From: Candidatus Calescamantes bacterium
Lineage (GTDB): Bacteria; CAIJMQ01; JAADFP01
Direction of reading: 5' to 3'
Length of the DNA stretch: 63,670 nucleotides
NCBI GenBank assembly: GCA_021162785.1
Contig: JAGGYA010000007.1
Coordinates: forward strand, 1-63,670
Shown here: one piece after another, positions 58,773 to 63,670 of the stretch
How positions within the stretch are numbered: position 1 is the stretch's first letter
Layout: each line of letters begins with the position of its first letter
Notes under the pieces: model-generated
Seen by the model: only the letters and a program-made list of their open reading frames with translations
What the model was told of the DNA's origin: nothing
Databases searched by the model: none
Position numbers and translations under genes: made by a program

Positions 58773-59003
58773 ATGAAGAAAGAGACTCGCGGGGGCAAAA
58801 ATCCACCGCAATGTAAATGGTTTCCTGTCTGTCCGATGAAGAGATATTATGAAATGGGAAAACTCGATGAGAAATGGATAAAGGAATATTGTAAGGGAAA
58901 CTGGGAAAAATGTGTTAGGTACCAGCTTGAAGAAGAAGGGAAGTATCACCCTGACTGGATGTTACCCGATGGAACCATTGATGAATCATTAAAATCACTT
59001 TAA
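58773..59003 (+). CDS. Small conserved-looking cysteine-rich protein (CX5C...CX6C)
   Basis: 76 aa; ..QCKWFPVCPMKRYYEMGKLDEKWIKEYCKGNWEKCVRY..HPDWMLPDG. No SD. A perfect extended -10 TGATATAAT ends 9 nt before the ATG, so the mRNA is probably leaderless. Confidence 0.55.
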   Translation: MKKETRGGKNPPQCKWFPVCPMKRYYEMGKLDEKWIKEYCKGNWEKCVRYQLEEEGKYHPDWMLPDGTIDESLKSL

Positions 59004-59029
59004 AATTGAACAATCCATTTTTCGAAATT

Positions 59030-59148
59030 GGGACAGCTACCCTTTTCAAATTTTAATTTATTGTTATAAAATAAACCATGCTCGGAATTGCCAGACTAGT
59101 AGGTTATCCTTCGCCAGATCGAGGGAATTATAAACAAAGCATACAAGG
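59030..59148 (+). repeat. 119-bp repeat R2, copy 1
   Basis: GGGACAGCTACCCTTTTCAAATTTTAATTTATTGTTATAAAATAAACCATGCTCGGAATTGCC... About 92% identical to 60070-60187, with one indel. Contains TGTTATAAAAT followed 5-7 nt later by ATG. Confidence 0.85.
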
Positions 59149-59271
59149 TTTATTTTAGTAAGTATAGAGGATAAAAATACCAGAAGGGTTAGACCCTTTT
59201 ATGGTTTTGGGGAAAATAAGGGATGTTTTACTGCCGAAGTTTGTATTTGGAAAGTGTAGAGTTGAGGAAAT

Positions 59272-59556
59272 ATGAGAATAATTTTCTCAAAACATGCATT
59301 GCAGAAAATCAAAGAGCGAAAGATAAAGGTAGAAGTGATTGAGGAAGTGGTAAGTAATCCGGAATTCCTCTTTTACGATTTAATAGAAAAGACCATGGTT
59401 GCAGTGGCAAAGGTTAAAATTGATGATATCCAAACAAGTCTTGTGGTTGTTTTCATAAAGAAAGGAGAGGAGATAAAAATCGTAACAACTTATCCTTGCA
59501 GAAACATAAATAAAGAAATAAAGAGAAAGGAGGGGATAAGATGGGTAAGAATGTGA
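59272..59556 (+). CDS. DUF4258 domain toxin-like protein
   Basis: 94 aa. MRIIFSKHALQKIKERKI..EVIEEV. N-terminus is typical of DUF4258. Overlaps its partner gene. Confidence 0.7.
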   Translation: MRIIFSKHALQKIKERKIKVEVIEEVVSNPEFLFYDLIEKTMVAVAKVKIDDIQTSLVVVFIKKGEEIKIVTTYPCRNINKEIKRKEGIRWVRM

Positions 59557-59756
59557 AAGTTTGGTTTGACGAGGAAGCGGATATTCTGTATCTTTCGCTC
59601 AAAGAGGGGATTTCCGTGGATTCTGAAGAAGTGGCGGAAAACATAAGGGTGGAATATGATGAACAAAACCAAATTATTGGTGTAGAAATCCATAATATCA
59701 CAAAAATGTTAGCAAAACCTCTCGCCAAGCAGTTGAGAGAAGCTGTTAAAGCATGA
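59541..59756 (+). CDS. DUF2283 domain antitoxin-like protein
   Basis: 71 aa. V.FDEEADILYLSLKEG......E......V.YD....IIGVEI is the DUF2283 signature. Confidence 0.75.
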   Translation: MGKNVKVWFDEEADILYLSLKEGISVDSEEVAENIRVEYDEQNQIIGVEIHNITKMLAKPLAKQLREAVKA

Positions 59757-59790
59757 GTTTAAAAGCAAAGTTTTTCAGAAAATTACATAG

Positions 59791-60096
59791 TGGAAAGCAG
59801 TCATAAACTGGATTAAAGAGTTTGGATACTTTTATATTCACACCTCTGAGTTAAGCCCTGGAAACAACGAGTTTCTGTCAGCAAATCAATTTACAGTTGA
59901 ATATCGGTATGAAAAGGTTATGTACAGAAGACCAGATTTAGTTATTTTCATAAACCGCTTACCCCTAACTATGCTTGAATCCAAAAACTTTAATGCAAAC
60001 GAGAGAACAAAAGATGCCTTCATCGACCACAAAACAAAGTTGAAAGATACTCCTCAGTTATATGCCTTAGGGACAGCTACCCTTTTCAAATTTTAA
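59791..60096 (+). pseudogene. Remnant of a type I restriction enzyme R subunit (HsdR N-terminal nuclease domain)
   Basis: Open frame without a start codon: ..INWIKEFGYFYI....YRRPDLVIFINRLPLTMLESKN....AF.DHKTKLKDTPQLY. It keeps the PD...(E)xK pattern of the HSDR_N domain. It is about 100 codons long and runs into R2 copy 2. Confidence 0.55.
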
Positions 60097-60187
60097 TTTA
60101 TTGTTATAAAATAAACCATGCTCGGAATTGCCGGCACAGTAATTATCCTTCGCCAGATCGAGGGAATTATAAACAAATCATACAAGG
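60070..60187 (+). repeat. R2 repeat, copy 2
   Basis: Direct repeat of 59030-59148. Its first 12-14 nt recur inverted at 60283-60296. Confidence 0.85.
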
Positions 60188-60276
60188 AAATCTTCTTTTT
60201 ATTAGAAAGGAAGGGGGAAGAAATTCTTAAAAGAAGGTTAATTCCGAAACCAGCAGGAAGACTACAGAAAAAATGA
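60118..60276 (+). CDS. Hypothetical 52-aa ORF starting inside R2 copy 2
   Basis: MLGIAGTVIILRQIEGIINKSYKEIFFLLERKGEEILKRRLIPKPAGRLQKK. The same ATG in copy 1 is frameshifted to 26 codons. Coding status is uncertain. Confidence 0.2.
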   Translation: MLGIAGTVIILRQIEGIINKSYKEIFFLLERKGEEILKRRLIPKPAGRLQKK

Positions 60277-60282
60277 AACTTA

Positions 60283-60296
60283 GGTAGCTGTCCCTA
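60283..60296 (-). repeat. Inverted copy of the R2 5' end (14-bp IR partner of 60068-60081)
   Basis: GGTAGCTGTCCCTA is the exact reverse complement of TAGGGACAGCTACC at 60068-60081. The two flank a 201-bp segment, 25 nt upstream of the 60321 start. Confidence 0.8.
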
Positions 60297-60320
60297 TTTT
60301 AAAATAACGGGGAGGAAGTT

Positions 60321-61352
60321 ATGGAAAGAGTTAATAGAAGGGGAAAGAAAGGGTTCCTCTTTATTCTTCCTTTCCTTGTGATTACTCTTCTCTGTGGTTT
60401 CCGGTGGAGTTTTCGCCTACCTAAACCAGAGGTCATTACCTCTTCCTACTCCTGGATAAGGGCGGATATTATCGGAATAGATAAAAATTATATTGTTTTC
60501 AAAGCTCGTTTTCAGCATCTGGGTCCTACTTATTTAATGCTTTACTCCTTTCGGGATAAGACCATAAGAAAATTAAAGGAGAAACCTGTTAAGAGTTATC
60601 AGGAAGACTTTTATGGAGAATGGATAGTTTATAAGGTGGGGAAGAAGATATACCTTATGAATATAAATACGGGCAGAGAAACTCCCCTTAATCTAACCGG
60701 TCGTCCTGGTGAGCTCAGAATTTGGGGAGAGAGGATAGTGTATCGTAATTATGAAGATGGCACTATCCATGTATATAACTTTAAGAAAAAAGAGGATAAA
60801 GCTTTAGGGAAAGGATTTGGCCCCCGGATAGGTGAAGAGTGGGTGGTATGGATGACTACCGCAGGGGTCTTCAAGGCTTTTCATTTGCCTTCCGGGAAGA
60901 CTAAGAATGTAACTCTGGGAGGGATTTCACACGATGATTATGATATGAGGAAAGGAATACTGGTAGCTTCAGTAGGTGAGGAACACAGAGAAGATATATA
61001 CGCCTATGACCTCAATCAGGATAGAAAGATTCTTATCTCCAGCCTTCCTGATTGGGAACGGTATGTGGCTACAGATGGAGAATATGTGGTATGGATGGGC
61101 CCCATAAAGAAGGAGGAGTTCAGACCCATTCCTACGCAACCCCTGCTTTCCTACAATATTTACCGGAATATCTATCTTTATAATCTCTCAAAAAGGAAGA
61201 TGAAAAGAATTGTGCATGGCGACTTTTCCGTTTTGGATCTCAAAATAGGAGGGGGGAAAGTGGTATGGACTTCGGGAAGGAACAAGAGACCAGAGACTGC
61301 TACCCAGTATAACAGAAATCCTTTCGATATTTATATCTACTATATAAGGTAG
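60321..61352 (+). CDS. Membrane-anchored beta-propeller-like repeat protein
   Basis: 343 aa. N-terminal TM anchor (FLFILPFLVITLLCGF). Six or more recurrences of a blade-like motif G(E/K)(W/R/Y)(I/V)V(Y/W)....g.I..yn...... (EWIVYK, ERIVYR, EWVVWM, EYVVWM, GKVVWT). Confidence 0.6.
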   Translation: MERVNRRGKKGFLFILPFLVITLLCGFRWSFRLPKPEVITSSYSWIRADIIGIDKNYIVFKARFQHLGPTYLMLYSFRDKTIRKLKEKPVKSYQEDFYGEWIVYKVGKKIYLMNINTGRETPLNLTGRPGELRIWGERIVYRNYEDGTIHVYNFKKKEDKALGKGFGPRIGEEWVVWMTTAGVFKAFHLPSGKTKNVTLGGISHDDYDMRKGILVASVGEEHREDIYAYDLNQDRKILISSLPDWERYVATDGEYVVWMGPIKKEEFRPIPTQPLLSYNIYRNIYLYNLSKRKMKRIVHGDFSVLDLKIGGGKVVWTSGRNKRPETATQYNRNPFDIYIYYIR

Positions 61353-61978
61353 GGGGTCTTCTTAAGAGCCAGAATTATACACCATCCAAGTCCACAATAA
61401 AGAACCAGCAACCAAAGGTAAGCATTGTCCAGGTACTTACCAGCATTATTTTTCTGTTTTATCTTCGGTAGTGTCTTAAAATTCCTGTGAAGAGGGAACT
61501 TACAACTAAATAGAGAAAGAACCACCATAAAAAATACTCCCTTCCAAAAAATGGGGATTTTATCTTTCTTGTATCAGGTATCAAGGAATTAGCGTTATTC
61601 CTTTTTATCCCTTCCCACTTCCAGAAACTCACCTCCCTCATCCCCCCAAAGGAGAGTAATAGTCTTCTTCACCATCCTCCCTTTCCCATCCACCCAGACA
61701 GTCACACTTCCCAATCCATCCTCGTAGTCCCAGAAATATTCTCTTACTCCTTCTTGCTTTGAATATTTTTCTCTTCCTTAACAATTCTATCCTAAAATAG
61801 GTAGTTATCCTCGATTTTCCGAAATTTCCAAATTTCTTAAGAATTTGAGAATCATCCTTCTCTTTCTGAATTTTTCTCTCTCCCGGCCAGAAAAAAGGTG
61901 AAGATAAAGAGCATAAAGTTGGGTTTGGGATTCTGAGGTAAAGGACTTTAAGAAAATTAGGGTTTTTGTGTGAGGAAT

Positions 61979-62098
61979 TTATGGATTCCTTCTGGGCAAC
62001 TTTAGTATCTGCAGTTCAGTATCTGCATCTAAGCTTGTGTTTACAATATCTCCTCCAGTAAATTCCTTTGGGATGGTAGTCATCCCGTTTTCATCCAC
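61979..62098 (-). pseudogene. AbrB/SpoVT-type (VapB/MazE-like) antitoxin stub
   Basis: 39 codons, GTG start behind GGGAG. VDENGMTTIPKEFTGGDIVNTSLDADTELQILKL fits the looped-hinge-helix N-terminal half only. Only broken frames lie downstream. Confidence 0.3.
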
Positions 62099-62288
62099 TT
62101 TTACTTCTCCCTTATGGAATTATTTTTATATTTCTTCTGCTGGATAGTATAATAAAGACGATGATAAATTTTGGGGATTGTTTACTTACACCTCTCCTTG
62201 AGAACATACCCGAGCAGTTCGGGTATGGAGGGGTTAAGTGAAGTGCCTGCCATTGCCTTGGGGAGATTTAAAACCAAGGTGGCAAAAA

Positions 62289-62591
62289 ATGAAAAAATTG
62301 CTTAATAGGATAAAGGAAACACTTAAAAGGCACGAAAAAGAGCTAAAAGAAAAATATGGAATTAAAGAGATCGGCATTTTCGGTTCTTATTTAAGAGGAA
62401 AAGCTAAAGAAGTAAGCGATGTTGATATTTTAGTGGAATTTAAGCCTGATGCAAAGATTAGTCTTTTAGAATTTGTTGAATTAGAAAATATCTCAGTGAT
62501 TTGCTTGGGGTAAAGGTTGATTTGGTTGAAAAATCTGCATTAAAACCAAGGATTGGCAAATGCATCTTAAATGAGGTTGTATACATATGAA
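62289..62591 (+). pseudogene. MNT-type nucleotidyltransferase antitoxin, frameshifted
   Basis: [33 protein letters not shown]. The frame breaks near 62489 (ISVICLG*), while the +1 frame continues [21 protein letters not shown]...VVYI* and ends in an ATGA overlap with hepT. Confidence 0.65.
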
Positions 62592-62870
62592 AAGGGAAAT
62601 TGGCGACTATATAGAGGACATTTTGGAGGCTATGACTAACGCTATGGAATTTACAAAAGATATGTCATATGATAGTTCGTTAAAGATACTAAAACTGTAT
62701 AAGCAGTTATCAGAGCCATAGAAATTATTGGAGAAGTTGGCTGGAATGAGAGATAAAGTCATATATGCGTATTTCGTTGTTAAAATTGAAAGAATTTGGG
62801 AAGTTGTAAAAAAATTCCAAACCTCAAGCCTAAATTTGAGAAGATGTTAATAGAGGAGGTAAAAGACTGA
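62588..62870 (+). pseudogene. HepT (DUF86/HEPN) toxin, decayed
   Basis: The N-terminus is in frame 0. AVIRAIEIIGE appears only in another frame. About 25 codons are missing before LAGMRDKVIYAYF, where the catalytic RX4-6H His is replaced by Tyr. Confidence 0.6.
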
Positions 62871-63040
62871 TGGCTAGAATTTCCTGCGACGGCGGGTACT
62901 CTGCTGTGCTTCGCACTTTTCCTTTCGGATCTGCTAACAGAAGAATATGTGGCTTGCTTACCCTCGTCCAAATCTCGGCTGCCGTCGGGACGTCCATATT
63001 TCCAGAACCGGGGGCTACATCCTTTAAATAGGGAGAGATG
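62871..63040. ncRNA. Candidate structured RNA (unclassified); GC-rich island between the hepT remnant and vapB
   Basis: About 170 nt and roughly half G+C. Nested helices CGACGGC(GG)/(CT)GCCGTCG and GGGTA/TACCC enclose three small hairpins (GTGC-TTC-GCAC, TCC-TTTC-GGA, CTG-CTAA-CAG). The only ORFs have non-protein-like composition. Confidence 0.3.
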
Positions 63041-63064
63041 AAATATCAAGGAGGTGAAAATATC

Positions 63065-63277
63065 ATGTTTGAGAAGGAAATCAAGCTGAAAATAAAGGAA
63101 CTTCCTGAGGATTTAAAGAGAGAGGTCTTAGATTATATAGAGTTCTTATTGAGGAAATACAAGAGGGTAAAAATCGGGGCAAGAAAGTTTAAGTTTGACT
63201 GGGAAGGTGGGTTATCAGAGATAGGAAAGAAATTTACTTCTGTTGGGTTGCAGCATAAAGCTCTGGAGTGGAGATAA
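63065..63277 (+). CDS. DUF2281-type antitoxin (VapB-like)
   Basis: Start at ATG 63065, behind AAGGAGGTG. ..ELPEDLKREVLDYIEFLL.. is the DUF2281 signature. TAATG overlap with vapC. Confidence 0.7.
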   Translation: MFEKEIKLKIKELPEDLKREVLDYIEFLLRKYKRVKIGARKFKFDWEGGLSEIGKKFTSVGLQHKALEWR

Positions 63278-63654
63278 TGTTTTTAGTGGATACGAATGTA
63301 TTTTTGGAAATCCTCCTGAAACGGGAGAAGAAAGAAGATTGTAAGAAGTTCTTGGACAGTAATATTGGGAATCTCAATATAACAGATTTTTCCTTGCACT
63401 CCATTGGAGTAATCCTCTTCAGATATGGCAAAGAGGAGGTTTTTCGGAAATTTATTGGGGATATCATGCCTAACATCAAACTTCTTTCATTACCAATGGA
63501 AGTGTATGGAGAAGTTGTAAATGTCAGAAAAAACCTGAATTTAGATTTTGATGACGCTTATCAATATAGCGTGGCTAAATATTATGGATTGAAGGTTGTT
63601 ACAATGAACAGGGATTTTGAGAGGATAAAGGATTTAGAGATTCTATTTTTATAA
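63277..63654 (+). CDS. vapC: PIN-domain toxin VapC
   Basis: MFLVDTNVFLE.. with acidic PIN residues (D5, E, DFDDAY, NRDF). About 125 aa. Confidence 0.85.
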   Translation: MFLVDTNVFLEILLKREKKEDCKKFLDSNIGNLNITDFSLHSIGVILFRYGKEEVFRKFIGDIMPNIKLLSLPMEVYGEVVNVRKNLNLDFDDAYQYSVAKYYGLKVVTMNRDFERIKDLEILFL

Positions 63655-63670
63655 TAAGGACTCATCTAAC

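Noticed and set aside
61340-61641. Two overlapping 60-62-aa minus-strand ORFs as real genes
   Set aside because: They are mutually out of frame pieces of one two-TM protein and have no SD. They are treated as a frameshifted remnant (see findings).
62871-63040. tmRNA 5' part or SRP RNA
   Set aside because: On the minus strand, GGTTCTGGA...GACG...GCCGAG faintly recalls the tmRNA 5' region, and TCC-GAAA-GGA recalls the SRP helix 8 tip. However, the tRNA-like acceptor/T-arm, the resume codon and tag, and the SRP GGAA/AGCA motifs are all absent. The available space is also only about 170 nt.
62780-63049. 89-aa minus-strand ORF, and a 53-codon plus-strand ORF, across the GC-rich island
   Set aside because: Their composition (S/R/G/A-rich, few K/E/I) is unlike every credible protein in the window. 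The minus-strand ORF also overlaps the hepT remnant. The region is better explained as RNA or a relic.

Overview
This window is a chromosomal segment from an AT-rich bacterium (about 40% G+C by eye). The organism is probably thermophilic (K/E/I-rich proteins) and diderm (WaaA/KdtA and outer-membrane beta-barrels, alongside an RNase Y-YmdB-SpoVS cluster). About 70 genes are tightly packed, often with ATGA, TAATG or GTGA start/stop overlaps, and most are ordinary housekeeping: uvrA, rny, eno, ffh-rpsP-trmD-rplS-rnhB, nadB, purC, nadD, serA, leuS-rsmD-waaA-asnB, a sigma-54 two-component system and amino-acid metabolism. I recognised no rRNA, tRNA or CRISPR array. Five things are not ordinary. (1) A roughly 212-274 bp MITE-like repeat with terminal inverted repeats, a TATAAT box and an intrinsic terminator occurs three times. 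Two direct copies bracket a DUF433/DUF5615 toxin-antitoxin pair, and gene stubs lie next to two of the copies. (2) A second repeat of about 119 bp (59030 and 60070) carries a promoter-like box. Its second copy is flanked by a 14-bp inverted repeat just upstream of a membrane-anchored beta-propeller gene, so it is a candidate invertible switch. (3) From 59.0 kb to the window end there is an accessory island holding four toxin-antitoxin loci (one decayed), an AbrB-like stub, an hsdR remnant and about 0.9 kb of decayed coding sequence. (4) There are two GC-rich, ORF-free, helix-rich islands (71-174 and 62871-63040) plus an unexplained 280-bp spacer (54498-54776); all three are candidate structured RNAs that I cannot classify. 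(5) Several gene-context oddities are listed in the findings. All functional calls come from reading motifs by eye; no database search was run.
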